DNA of 64,000 nucleotides from Oculina patagonica. Its lineage: Eukaryota. Shown here in pieces: positions 1 to 12,546 of this stretch. Position 1 is the stretch's first letter; the number at the start of each line of letters is the position of its first letter. Position numbers and translations under genes: made by a program. The stretch lies in NCBI RefSeq assembly GCF_052425735.1, contig NC_135761.1:5022001-5086000 (forward strand), written 5' to 3'. Below the pieces are notes generated by a model. The model saw only the letters and a list, made by a program, of their open reading frames with translations. It made no database searches and was not told the DNA's origin.

Positions 1-135
1 ATTCAGCCTAAAACAATAGACATCACAACGATGCTCTGGGGAATAAACCCCACAAACTCTATAGTTTAGTCCCCGGAGCCTCGTCTTGAGGTCTATTGTT
101 TTAGGCTGAATTTGAATATATCGAAATTGGGTTAT
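1..135. mobile_element. Hairpin (foldback) MITE-like element, cut by the window start
   Basis: 1-47 is the imperfect reverse complement of 63-111 (ATTCAGCCTAAAACAATAGAC / GTCTATTGTTTTAGGCTGAAT). It is absent at the paralogous position near 15365. Confidence 0.6.
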
Positions 136-694
136 TATTTATCAGCTGAATTCCATCAAGACTTTATACGACAGAAGAGAACATTTCAGTTGTTGAGTGA
201 ATCTGGTTTCTCTCCATAATAGCTATATGTTTACTTCATAAATTATATTTCCTTTTCAGAAAATTATATCTTCCTTTCAGCCCTAGACCTCAAAATATTT
301 TTTTCGAAAACTGAAAAGATTCTATCTGGTCTGGTGTTTTGCCCATATTAATATTTTCCTAGTCGAAATGAAAAAGGATTATTTTAATGTAAAAGGATCT
401 TCTACGTTTTAAAAAACGTTTGAAGTTCACTCAATTCAAGCTCACGATGCCGATATGATATTATTGCCAAAACTTCCCACGTGATTGGGTTTCTAGTTCC
501 TTCTGGCAACGTTTTCAGTTTCGTCACTCGGTGTTTCAATGAAATTATCCCTATAACAGACCCAGCCTTTTAAAAACATAACACAATGTGTCTAAAATTG
601 CTGTTTATATAACCGAATTCGAAAACGCTTCGTAGCCAATGAAGGACCCGGACGGAGAAACATGAGCAGGCGTGATTATTCCGATTCACTTTCG

Positions 695-740
695 AACCAA
701 TACAATACATCAAATTGACAGGCGTTGTTCAATATAAGGC
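695..740 (+). promoter_or_regulatory. Putative core promoter of lipase A1 (CCAAT and TATA-like CAATATAAG)
   Basis: CCAAT near 697 and TATAAG near 734, about 85 bp upstream of ATG 818. The TATA-like motif recurs upstream of the other type A copies (about 16394, 18596, 20791). Confidence 0.45.
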
Positions 741-817
741 TCGTTACATCAAGTGAAACATCTCGCGTTGCTTTACATTCAGAGTGAGAGTGGTGAGGTA
801 TCAATCCCGACGGGAAA

Positions 818-1951
818 ATGTTTCGCTATTTTGAACTTGGCTTGGTCATCTTTCTAACACAACTGATCATAGTCGTGGCCTTCCTCTGTAACGACAACAA
901 TTGCGAAGACTGCGTGAACTCGCGATTCATTCAGTGTAGATGGTGCAAGAGGGATAACAAATGTCGCACGCCCTTTGCTGATGCGAAAAGCCCTTGCAGC
1001 AGAGCAGAAACCATTGTACAGAAATCTCATTGTGCTGACGAAGTGTCACGTTACGATCCTGAATTATCGATGAAGATGTTGCTTCTTTCAGCGGTAGCGT
1101 ACGACCCGGTACATCCTCAAGAATGCCTCGACAACTCCCTGTCATCTGACAAGTTCAAACTTCAGACTGTAGTTTCGAGGAAGTGTGACATCTTCGGAAA
1201 CGAATGTTCTGGCTTTGTTGCGGTTTCGCATGCCGTGAAAGCTATCGTTGTCGCATTTCGTGGCTCTGTGAAGTTTGAGCAAGCGATTGCGGAGTTCTTC
1301 GAATCCCTACTTTCCCCTGAGACTGAATTTCTTAAAGGTAAAGTTCAAAGCTACTGGAAGAGAGGCTTCGAGGAGTTATGGCAGTCGGGCATGGAGGCGG
1401 AAGTGAAAGCTCTCGTTTCGAAGTATCCGTCATATCAGATCTGGGTTACAGGGCATTCTTTAGGAGCTGCGCTGGCTTCGTTGGCAAGTACATGGCTCGC
1501 TTATTACAACATCGCTCCTCCTAAGAACATCATCTTGTACACGTATGGCATGCCTCGAGTTGGTGACTACGACTATGCTCTGCAACACGATCAACTTGTC
1601 AACAACAGTTGGAGAGTTGTTAATGACAACGACTTGATCCCTCATTTTCCAATTGTGATCGGGGTGCCGAAAAAACTCTCCGGTCCTTATCATCACGGCG
1701 TGGAGGTTTTCTACAGCGAAGAGGCAATCAGCGTAAATTCTACGCACAGAGAATGTCACGGAAAACCAATCAATGAAGACGCCACATGCAGCTTTTCGGA
1801 GAAGCAGCTCTCTATCGAACGACACTTGAACTACTTTAGTGTTGAAGTTGCATCGTTCTGGTTGACAAATTGTGTTCACCGTACAACGCGCAAGAAACCA
1901 GAAGCAGCTGAGAGCTCCAAAAAAAGAAGGCGTTTAAGTCCGAGAAATTAG
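818..1951 (+). CDS. Secreted class-3 lipase (Lipase_3 fold) with N-terminal PSI-like Cys module, type A1, 377 aa, intronless
   Basis: Hydrophobic signal peptide; CxxC...CRWC...C module; AFRGS; WVTGHSLG nucleophile elbow; GMPRVG; DLIPH (catalytic Asp); ERHLNYF (catalytic His). Confidence 0.93.
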   Translation: MFRYFELGLVIFLTQLIIVVAFLCNDNNCEDCVNSRFIQCRWCKRDNKCRTPFADAKSPCSRAETIVQKSHCADEVSRYDPELSMKMLLLSAVAYDPVHPQECLDNSLSSDKFKLQTVVSRKCDIFGNECSGFVAVSHAVKAIVVAFRGSVKFEQAIAEFFESLLSPETEFLKGKVQSYWKRGFEELWQSGMEAEVKALVSKYPSYQIWVTGHSLGAALASLASTWLAYYNIAPPKNIILYTYGMPRVGDYDYALQHDQLVNNSWRVVNDNDLIPHFPIVIGVPKKLSGPYHHGVEVFYSEEAISVNSTHRECHGKPINEDATCSFSEKQLSIERHLNYFSVEVASFWLTNCVHRTTRKKPEAAESSKKRRRLSPRN

Positions 1952-4124
1952 TAGGTAGGGAGGGCCGGGGTACAAATCAGGTGTCACGAAAACTGATTGA
2001 ACGGAAATTTCACGTTTTAGTCTGGTTCATAATCGTTTATTTTATAGAGGAATTAAAAGGATTTGTATTTCTCAAACTCATTAATAATTCATCTAGTTAA
2101 AACAAAGGAAATCAGAACCGTGACGGAGTTTGAAAATCTGATCTTAATTAGCATAGATTTTGACGATTTTATTTTTCCGTTTTCGTTGTAGTTTTAGTTT
2201 CGATTGAGAAGATATATCAACCACTCGACAGAGTGTTTCATCACATTTCATCATCACATTTAATAGAAACACGAAAATTACAAAATTGGGAAAACATGCC
2301 TGTCAAAATGCCGTTGCTATGGTGACGTCAAGTTCCTGACACAACAACTCACCCTACCAAATTATTTCCAGATAAACTTTAGATAAACTCGCAAAGTTTG
2401 GTAGCGTTTGGTTGAATCTTGAAAAAGTTATAGGCGTTCAAAGTCAGCGAGGGCACGTTCCGTCCCTCCCAGTCTGGATAGGGTTAAAATCAATGAAATT
2501 TCGTGAAATATTTGTTTGTCCTGGTTTATAGACAAATACTATTATGCCGATTAGTGAAACCAAGTCAAAGTACAAAATTTAGAATGAAATGCTGTAATTT
2601 AGACTGTTCACAGCCCTATATTTTCCTTTTTAAGCGATGACGTAGTCGAGCTTTATGCCGGAGCCCTTGGATCGGTTCTGTCGTTCTCGTTCGAACAACC
2701 GAATAGGACTGGGAACTAACTACAGAGAGAACAAAGATTAAGTTTAGCACAACAAGAAATCGCCGCGAAGAACACAAAGCAAAATACTTCTGGGAAGTTA
2801 AAAAGGACTAATAAAAGATATGAACGAAAGAGACAAATTATATTTGACAAATTCTATTAGATTCAGTAAACAGACAGATGTACAATTGACCTGTGTAAAG
2901 GAGAATAATGCGCCAGATAAAAGAAATATGTTGCTTTTGTTTCGGGGTTACTGTCCCTTCTTCTGTGGAATAAATTGAAATGCCAGTTGATTTTTTTCCA
3001 CCGAAGAAGGGACAGAAACCCTGAAACGTATGGAACATATTTCTTTTATCTGGCGCCATGTTCACCATTTAAAATCAGCATATAAAATCACTGTTTACAT
3101 GCGCTACGCAGTCACTCGAAATCATACAATGGGTCTGTGTGGTCCGGTCAGAGACAGAACTTGACCTTGCATATCCGGTCGCTCGCGATAGGTATCGTGT
3201 ATCGTAGATTAGATGTCACGCTATAAGGTAACGCAACTAGAATAAAACGCATAGCTTGAAGAAAGTTTTTTTTTTTTTTTTTTTCCCCCCATTTTTCTAA
3301 CGAGGTACAATAAGCACATAACCATTACAAATGGAAAAATGTATGGTGCAAAGATAATATAGGCAGTGACCGAAAAGTATCCGTAAAGCGAGGCAAACTT
3401 TGTATGAGAGCGTTTCACTTGGGTCACAGAAAAAAGTGTCCATTGTCTGTTATTAACTTAATGTTAGAGAAAATGTATGGACAAACAAAACTGTTCGTAT
3501 TAAGCGGGCGCCGTAAAGCGGTGTTCCACTGAACTTAGACTATACTTTAAGCTCTAGTGTGAAGCCAAGTATTGTCTAGAGTAAAAACAAAAAAAAGCAA
3601 TGTAATTAGAGTCCAGTAATCTTATTATTGTCCTGTATCTTTTCAGATTTTTGTAAATTCACTCAACCGAACATTTATTCTTATAAACTAACTTGACACT
3701 GGGACTTGTTAGCCGAACATTGTTTATTATAACTTCAGACGTATACAACAAACTAACAAAAAAAGCAATTGTAAATTTGGTTCTGCACTTTAGCCTAGGA
3801 TCAATAAAAATGACACTTGATTTTCGATTGGAAAACGTTGCTTCGGGCCGTGTTGAGAATAACATAGATTTTCCAATGCGTATGCATGCTGTGTTTGGTA
3901 AACACCGAGACTTACCTTGTCTATTTCGTATTTTCAATGTTCATGAAATATTCGTATTCACAGTTAATCGTCTTTTCTTTTATTCGTTTACGACTCCAGG
4001 AGTACGATAGCGAAGTATGATCACTTATGACGGGGGGTCAAAATTCGCGAAGGGGGGACAAAATCCGCTAGCAAATATTGACTCTCGGGGGGACAAAATC
4101 CAGGGGGGACAAAATCGGCTAGGA

Positions 4125-4347
4125 CACCGGGTTCGATCCCGCACCCGGCGTCATATGTGGGTTAAGTTTGTTATTGGTCTTCTTCCGGCTTGCTCCGTGG
4201 GTTTTTCTCCGGGTTTTTCTCCGGGTTCTCCGGTTTTCCTCCCTCCCTAAAAATAAACACTTTTTAATTCTAATTCGATCGGGAATCCGAGGGCCACAGG
4301 TTTGTTAGTCGAAAGACTACTACGTGCTACCCTCGTAAAATAAAGAA

Positions 4348-4379
<32 letters not shown>

Positions 4380-4380
4380 T
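4125..4380 (+). mobile_element. 5'-truncated tRNA-derived SINE
   Basis: B box GGTTCGATCCC, central CTCCGGGTTCTCCGGTTTTCCTCCC block resembling the V-SINE core, and a (TTTA)n tail at about 4350-4380. Confidence 0.6.
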
Positions 4381-6249
4381 AGATTTCACTGTTTTGCCTT
4401 TCATATATATTTTTAGCGCATGCGCATACGCCGTTAGAATGTACGTTGTGTAAGGTTTCTGTGGAACTTTTTAATAGCATTCTATGGATAACGGGACCCA
4501 GAACACGATTCAGCCCGCCATAATAAAGTAAGTAAACAGTGTAAATGTACGGGGGCGGATCCAGGGGGGGGGGTGGATTGGGTGGCTAGCCACCCCCCTT
4601 GATCCACCAGGAAAATGAAAATAAACACATTAAAATAGCAAATAAGGGCAATGACACTGGGTAAGGGGGAAAAGGTGTTAATATTTTTAGCTAAAGTAAA
4701 TTTGACATATTTGTTAACATCCACCTTCCTTAGCCAGGCGGCCGTTCAAAGTATTAAGGACGGCCACTTTTCCGAAACAGGAGATTTTCGACAGCCTGTT
4801 TTACGAACTTCTGTGCTTGATGTAACAAAACATGTGGTATAATTTAAAAAAATTACATTCTTTTAAGCTTTCAAGAGTTGCTTTAGCCTTGCTGGCATGA
4901 TTTTCTTCTCCATATTAATCTTGTTAGTAAGTTTTCTTACCGTTTTCTTCGCATCAAAGCGATTTCGATTCTCAAGCAAAGCCGCTATTCTAAAAGCATT
5001 GACTTACCAAAATGTCCCCATGCCACTTTGACAAGAGCTAAAACTTTCCTCGCACGTGGGTGAGCAAAACAACGCATTCCTTTGTGAAAGTTCGTGGCTT
5101 TTCAACTTCAAATTTCAATCACTATTCATAATATAAGAACTAGAGTTTTTGTCCCAAATATAAAACAGACTGAAGTCGACACGCCCCCTTAAGACGTAGA
5201 AAGGAAAACGGTTACTTGTTTTTTCGCATGAAGCAAAGAACATTTTCGAAACTAAAATTACATCATGTGGGTAATTTTCTGCGAAAGATCTAGAGCTGAG
5301 GTATTTTTTCTTGTCACTGACGACACATACCAGTCTTGTGTAAAGGAGCTGAGAGATTTGATTTGGAAAGATATCGTTGAAAAGATCTTGTTAATGATCT
5401 GAAAGCATTGTTTAAAAAAAGGAGGAACCAATAACTTTGCTTTCCAGCTCAGAACAAATTTCCTTCTCCGAAAACGATACCTACGAAATATACTGAAACT
5501 TCTGACGCAGTAAAGGTCACAAGTTGCGCATTATATTACTTTGTTTCAGCGGCGATAGTAATGAATATTCACGCCTCTGAGAATGAATGCTTGCTAATGA
5601 ATTTTTTAAATTCGTAGTTGGAATATTTACCGTCTAAGATTTAAGAAATTGTTCAACAAATAGTTCATCACATTATTCTTTAGGGGGAAAATTGCATGAC
5701 GAGGTCGAGGGTGGGGCGGGAGGTAACGTTAACTGGAGTCTTTTCGCAGAAAGCTGTACGTTTCCCCCATTTGAGAGTTTTGGAGGTAACTGTATTAATT
5801 GTGAACGTTTTGATTCGAACTTCATAGCCAGAGAAACAAGTCGAATTAAGTGCAACTTGTGTGCGTGCGAGTATCATGTGAAATCTGTAAGGAAAACTTA
5901 TAAGCATGATCTCGTAAATGAATTTCAGCTGAAACTTAAAGTGCCTATGAAGTAAAAAAAGGGTTTTGCTTTTTTTGGTAGCTTATTATGTCTCGGCTTC
6001 TGTCCGAAAAGCTAAAAAAAAGGATAATGTCAAAGAGAGAGAAATCGGACTTTTTGCCGCCTAAAGTGCCCTCAGTAGGCCAAAACAGTGGGCCCGGAGA
6101 CTGGATACGAATTTGGCTCGGATGACGTAGTTAGTGGTTCCACGGATCAATTTTCACTTAGATTTTGTTGATACACAGTGGAGGTTTGGATTAAGACATT
6201 GTGCTAGCCGGCTGGCTCTCAGTTTTACCCACCCATGACTTAAATTCAG

Positions 6250-8280
6250 CATTTCTACGTGACAGCTTTGCACAATAAAACGTAAGTATTTTATTCAAGC
6301 TTCACATGGAACTAAACTGTGGACACCAGTGACCCGTCATTACACGTCCGATTGTTAACGAGCTGTTTACAGAAACAAGGAAATATCCTTATAGCGATAA
6401 CTATACATACACAAATTGTAACTGAACTTAGTACTCAAAATAAAATATAGTGCTCAGCAATTTTGTAGGTTGTTAATGATATGAGCAATGCTTAAGCTGC
6501 TATATGACAGCCATTTATACGTAATCACAAGTTTGATTACAAGTATTACAAAGTGTCAGCTAAACTATCATTATGTATACAGGCTACAAAGGTTTTTAAA
6601 AATCAGGTTTGGTGTGTAAATCTTCAAATGTTATTATGCGAATACTAAGGCTACGATTTTGTAAACATGCTACATACAAAGTATTGAAGTATGACAAAAA
6701 ATATTACGTAGAAGCTACTGGCAAATACATGAACAGTGAGAATTAAATTTTCTTTGCATCTATTTGCGACTTTTTGCAAACGTCCAGGCTTATTATAAAA
6801 AAAACTTAAGATAATTTAATCTCAGCCCCAAGATATGTGTTCTTATTTAAAAATGTATAACCTTAATCTTTCTATAAGCAAAAGTATGTTTAATGACCTT
6901 TAATGTAACGCCAAGCTGGTAAACAGCACTGAATTGAGAAACCAAACTTTAGTAAAAAACTGACAAAATTGACCCAACATGTAGGAGCCGATCTGAGGAG
7001 CTGAACTTCTTTGACGAGCTACAACTGGAGTGCTCCGATGGTTAGCGCCTTTGCGTTCAGTGAGACAATCTTTCTTCCAAAATGTTCCGATCGGAATGCT
7101 GAAATAAGTCTTGTGTTTATCGAAAGATCGTGTCACTTCGGAGAAACTGCAAGTCATGTCTTCGTTGTACCATTTGCCGTGACATTCCCTGTGTGCAGAA
7201 TATACGCTGGTAGCTTCTTCGCTGTAGAAGGCTTCCACTCCATGATGGTAAGGACCGTTTATGATACTCAAGGAAACTACGCTCGGAAAGTGAGGGACCG
7301 CGTCATCGTCATTAACAACTCTCCAACTGTTGTTGACAAGTTGATCGTGTTGCAGAGCATAGTCGTAGTTACCAACTCGAGGCATGCCAAACGTGTACAA
7401 GATGATGTTCTTCCGAGGAGCGATGTTGTAATAACTGAGCCATGTACTTGCCAAAGAGGCCATTGCACCTCCTAAAGAATGTCCTGTAACCCAGATCTGA
7501 TACGATGGGTTCTGCGAAACGAGATCTTTTACTTCCGCCTCCATGCTCGGCCATAACACATCAAAACCTCTCTTCCAGTAGGTTTGAACTTCACCATCGA
7601 AGAACTTTACCTTAGGGGCAAACAAGGTTTCTAGAAATTGGGCAAACGCTTGATCAAAATGCTTGGAGCCGCGGAAAGCGACCACAATAACGTTCAATGT
7701 ATGGGAAACAGCAACATAACCAGAGCAGTCATGATCATTGGCAACATCACAAACCTTTGTAACCACACTCTGAAGTTGGAAGTTTCCGGTTTCCAAGGAG
7801 TTGTCGAGACATTTCTGTTGATGTTCGCGGTCACCAGACTGGTCATACGCTACAGCTGAAAGATACAACATCTTCATCGATAATTCAGGATCGTAACGCG
7901 ACAATTTGTCATCACAATGAGATTTCTCCAAAATGTTTTCCGCCCTCTTGCAAGGGTTTGTTGCTACAGCGCCTGGTGCATGACATTCGTTGTCCCTCTT
8001 GCACCATCTACATTCAAGGAGCCCCGAGCTTACGCAGGCATCGCAGGTCTTGTCATTACAGACGAATGCCTCGACTACGGTGAGTTGTGGAAGGATAACA
8101 AAGAAACACAACACCGGACCAAACATGGTTGAAGGGAACTTGAAATGATTCAACTGTCTTGAACTGATGTTCTAGTCTTGACCGCGCCTGACGCATTCAA
8201 CATATTATATGCAGTAAACAGGCTTTAGCCTTTTATGTATGGAACCACGTGACTTCCAAACCTTCCTAGAATGTGTCATT
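6250..8280. repeat. Segmental duplicate of about 12800-14900 (type B gene with flanks)
   Basis: Colinear similarity in CDS, 3' flank and promoter (e.g. CTACGTGACAGCTTTGCA, CTCAGCCCCAAGATATGTGTTCTTA, CATATTATATGCAGTAA). Confidence 0.85.
6900..8126 (-). CDS. Secreted or GPI-anchored class-3 lipase with PSI-like module, type B1, 408 aa, intronless
   Basis: First ATG is 8126 (the ORF track starts at TTG 8153). Signal peptide, CxxC..CRWC, GHSLG, DAVPH, KHKTYF, hydrophobic C-terminus; TATAAT about 80 bp upstream. Confidence 0.92.
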   Translation of the reverse strand: MFGPVLCFFVILPQLTVVEAFVCNDKTCDACVSSGLLECRWCKRDNECHAPGAVATNPCKRAENILEKSHCDDKLSRYDPELSMKMLYLSAVAYDQSGDREHQQKCLDNSLETGNFQLQSVVTKVCDVANDHDCSGYVAVSHTLNVIVVAFRGSKHFDQAFAQFLETLFAPKVKFFDGEVQTYWKRGFDVLWPSMEAEVKDLVSQNPSYQIWVTGHSLGGAMASLASTWLSYYNIAPRKNIILYTFGMPRVGNYDYALQHDQLVNNSWRVVNDDDAVPHFPSVVSLSIINGPYHHGVEAFYSEEATSVYSAHRECHGKWYNEDMTCSFSEVTRSFDKHKTYFSIPIGTFWKKDCLTERKGANHRSTPVVARQRSSAPQIGSYMLGQFCQFFTKVWFLNSVLFTSLALH

Positions 8281-8691
8281 AGATTATGCCGTCCTTATTT
8301 TGACAACTTGTAATGAAAGGTAGTCTTGAATTTCGGTATAATGATAATCTAAATGACCTTATGAAACTTGGCGAAGCTCTACCATGCAGATTTTTCAGTG
8401 TCGAACTCTATAATGAAACGTGAAATGTAAATGAAATTGTTTTCTGTAATTAGGGAATGTAAGCAAGAAAGTCATTACAAATGGCAATTTAATACAATAT
8501 GGGACCGAACCCAAAAACTCAAACCACGCAATTTTAAGAATCCGGGATTTCCCTGAAATTTGAATGTAAATCGCTTCCTGTTATAATGGAAATGCGGGCA
8601 ACAAAAGTTATTACCGCCGGCAATCATCGTTGAGTAACATGTAAACTCTGAGTAAGAGTTGGGCCAAAAGATTGCTGTACCCAGTAAAAAT

Positions 8692-8840
8692 CCGGTGTTT
8701 GCAGAACGCAGAATGCAGAACGCAGAACGCAAAATGCAGAATGCATAATAAGAGAATATATTGTGTTACCTTCACCATTATTGAAAGCTAACCGTAAACA
8801 GGCTAACCAAAGTGCGTACTAGGCTAACCGGAGTGAACGC
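8692..8840 (+). mobile_element. Transposon-end fragment with (GCAGAAY)n subterminal repeats
   Basis: CGGTGTTTGCAGAACGCAGAATGCAGAAC... heptamer array that interrupts homology with the paralogous region near 10830. Confidence 0.45.
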
Positions 8841-9210
8841 CATTATGATCAAGACTTAACTGATGCGACAGAAGAGAATATTCTGTTTGTTTATTTTGGC
8901 TCAGCGCCCACATTTTCTCTTTCCACAGTAACTGTAGGCATGTTTAGATTTACTTGATTAATCTTTTTTTCGGAAATTCTATCTTCTTTCCAGCCCTAGA
9001 CCTATAAAAAGTACTTTTCGAAAGCACCCACGGCTTCCTATGTCAGCTATGTGTTGTTCCTAACTGATCAGATTCTATCTTTCTCAGTCTTTCTACTGTA
9101 ACAAAACTATGTTTAATGTAATGAGAAGCTGGTAAACAATTGACGAAGTTGAGCTACAATATACGAGCCACTCTTCTTGGGTGATACGATGTCTCGCATC
9201 TTTTATGTGT

Positions 9211-10261
9211 TCAGCGAACACAGTTCTTCTTCCAGAATGTTCCGACTGGAATGCTGAAATAAGTTTTATGTTTCTCGATAGATCGCGTTACTTCGGAGAA
9301 ACTGCAAGTAGCATCTTCGTTAAACGGCTTGCCGTGACATTCCTTGTGTGGAAAATTTACGCTGGTAGCTATCTGACTGTAAAAAGCTTCCACTCCGTGA
9401 TGGTAGGGACCGTTCAGGACGCTCACAGAAGCAACCGATGGGAAGTGGGGGATTGCATCATCGTCATTAACAACTCTCCAACTGTTGTTGACAAGTTGGT
9501 CGTGTTGCAGAGCATAGTCGTAGTTTCCAACTCGAGGCATGCCAAACGTGTACAAGATGATGTTCTTTCGAGGAGCGATGTTGTAATAACTGAGCCATGT
9601 ACTTGCCAAGGAGGCTATAGCACCTCCTAAGGAATGTCCTGTAACCCAGATCTGATACGATGGATTCTGCGAAACGAGAGTTTTTACTTCCGCCTCCATG
9701 CTCGGCCACAACGTGTCAAAACCTCTCTTCCAGTAAGTTTGAACCTGGCCATTCAGAAATGGAGTTTTCGGGGCAAGTAGAGACTCCACGAATTCATAAA
9801 ACGCTTGGCCCAAATCCTCAGTGCCGCGGAAAGCCACCACAATAACTTGCATGGAACGCGAAATTGCAACATAGCCAGCACAGTTGTGGTCAACAAAGTC
9901 ACAGTTCTTCGTAACGACAGTCTGAAGTTGGAACTTGTCAGATGGCAGGGAGTTATCGAGGCACTCTTGAGGATGCTCTGGGTCGTATGCTGCCGCTGAG
10001 AGAATCAACATCTTCATGGATAATCCAGTATCGTAATGACAGTTCGTCAGTACAATGAGATTTTTCTACAACGTTTTCCGCTCTGCTACAAGGGTTGGTT
10101 GCAACAGCGCCTGGTGCATGGCATTCGTTATCCCTCTTGCACCATCTACACTGAATGAACCCTGAGCTCACGCAGTTTTCGCAGGTCTTGGCGCTACAAA
10201 AGGCCCCAACTACCGTGATTTGTGGAAGGAAAACAAATACACATAACGCTGGCCCAAACAT
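9211..10261 (-). pseudogene. Type C PSI-lipase with a 2-nt frameshift at about 10038 and a truncated tail
   Basis: Signal plus PSI part (ATG 10261) and lipase domain (10017-9211) are in different frames. GAACTGTCATTACGAT compares with GAATTGTCGCATTATGAT in B2. Catalytic motifs are intact. Confidence 0.8.
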
Positions 10262-11419
10262 GATCGAAGGGAACTTGAAATGATTCAACTGCCGTGGATG
10301 TTCTAGTCTTGATCTCGCCTAAGGCACTAAACATATTATATGCAGTAAACAGGCCTTAACCTGTATGGACTCATGTAACTTCGGAACTTTCCCAGAATGG
10401 TCATGAGATATGTATGGTTCTAATTTTGACAACTTGTAGTGAAAGGTAGTCTTGAATTTCGGAATAACGAAAATCTAAATGACCTTATGCAACAGACCAT
10501 GCAAATGTTGAATAATGAAATTTGAAATCTGAATGAAATTGCTTCCTGTAAATATGAAAATGTTAGCAAGAAAGTCATGATTACGACCGGCAATTTAATT
10601 CAATACAATATGTGACCGAAACCGAAACTCAAACCACGCAATTTTCAGTTTCAAACTCTAATCCGGGATTTCCCTGAAATTTGAATGTAAATTGCTTCCT
10701 GTTTTGATGGAAATCATCATTAATGTGAGCAACAAACGTTATTACTGCCGGCGATCATCGTTGAATGACCTTGAATAACATGTAAACTCTGAGTACGAGT
10801 TGGGGTAAAAAATTGCTGTACACAGTAAAATCCCATGTAACCGACAACAACCAGAACACGATTGAAATTGTCCGTCCGTGCTGCTAATTACTGTTTTATT
10901 TCGTGTTATTTACGCCATCATGATCAAGACTTAAATGTTTGGCTTTAGCACTTATTGTCTCTTTCCATATAGTGGCTTGCTGACATGTTTAGATTTACTT
11001 ATTCAATGATATTCGTTTCGAAAATTTTTCTATCTTCTGTCTAGCCTTAGACCTATAAAGAGTAATCAGTGGAAAAAAATCGGAACGGTTCAGCAAAAAA
11101 AAGGTCCAAATTTTGGCTTATCCGCATGCCCCAAAGTAAAATGTTGTACATTTCTACATGGAAATTTCATCAAAAACTTACTGCAGTCTCAGAAAGTGCA
11201 TTTCTAGCAAAGTTTAGAGAAATTTAGGACCGTAGAGCCAATAAAAACAATTAACAGTTAAGAAAACGTGTTTTTGGAGTAATTTCAGCATACTAAGGGT
11301 TAAACTAAAAAAGATTATCTTATAGCTTACGCTTAAGACAAGTCTGTTGTTTTGCCCATATTAAACATTTTAAAGTTTTGAATAATAACTTATGTATTAA
11401 AATTTATAGCTTGTTATTG

Positions 11420-12546
11420 TTTAAACTGAAAAGATTCTATTTTATTGCTTTCGCCCACGTTTGGTATTTTGCCCATATTAATCATTTTAAAGGTTCGAAT
11501 AATCGCTCAGTCTAACTTGTTGTTTGTAAAAACCATCTTGACACTGCAAAGTTCAGTAATAACGAATCAATCAGGGTCGGTCAGGGTTTTAGGTATACGT
11601 TATACAGGACTTAGAGGGGGTATTTTAGATTGGGTATACAGTAGTTTTACGCTAAAAATTGGGCCTTCATGGGTATAAAGTATACTTTGTTTTTCCAAAT
11701 TTTGGTATTTCCATGATTTTGAGGTGAAATTTTGGCTATAGTGGGTACAGGTTTTTCAAAAATACTGGTATACCACTTACCCCCCTGGCCGAACGTGATG
11801 AATGAAACGATGTCAATACCAAACTGCTGAATTTTAAGGTAAAGAACTGTTGACTATGTTTACTGAGATTTTAGTTTCAAACACTTCAACCCGCGCTGAG
11901 AGTTCTCCGAGGTCTAACGTAATTTGTTGGCTATCATATTTGTTCAGGTGCTGAGGTATAACTGAGACAAAACATTTAAATAAAGATTTTAGTTTTTCAC
12001 GGAGTCTCAACAGATACGGAGGAAAGGTTTACACGGTTTTAGCTATTTTTTACGATTTTTAAGTCAGCTTTTAACCTTGATGAAATGAGTAAGAGTGCAT
12101 GTAATAATCAAAATGTATATTAAAAGGATCTTAAAACTTTAGAAGTTTACTCAATTTAAGCTTACGATACCGATACGATATTATTGCCAGAACTTTAAAC
12201 GTGGTTGGGCTTCTAGCTTCTTCTGACAACGTTTTCAGTTTCGTCTGTCGGTGTTCGGTGTTTCAGTTCAATTCTCCTTATAACAAACCCCGCCCTTTAA
12301 AAACGTAACGATGTGTCTAAACCGAATTCAAAAATGTTTGATAACGAATTCGAGCGGCCCTGACGAAAAAACATTACCAAGATAAACCGTTCCGCTTTTA
12401 AGTGCTGGCCCAAGCTATAACAAATTACTTTCAAAAAGTAACTTGAAATTATTTCATGGAATAATTTATTCAATTCAGTTTCGAACCAATACAATTCATT
12501 GGCGTGCGATGCTCAATACAAGGCGCGTATCATCAAGTGAAACAGC
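11420..12546 (+). repeat. Orphan copy of the type A upstream region (homologous to 15535-16425) with no CDS
   Basis: Colinear similarity ends at CATCAAGTGAAACAGC (12531-12546). The TATA-like motif has decayed to CAATACAAG and no lipase sequence follows. Confidence 0.75.

Noticed and set aside
1919-1936. KKRRR as a nuclear localisation signal in type A lipases
   Set aside because: The proteins have a signal peptide and many likely disulfides, so nuclear import is unlikely. Kept only as a polybasic tail.
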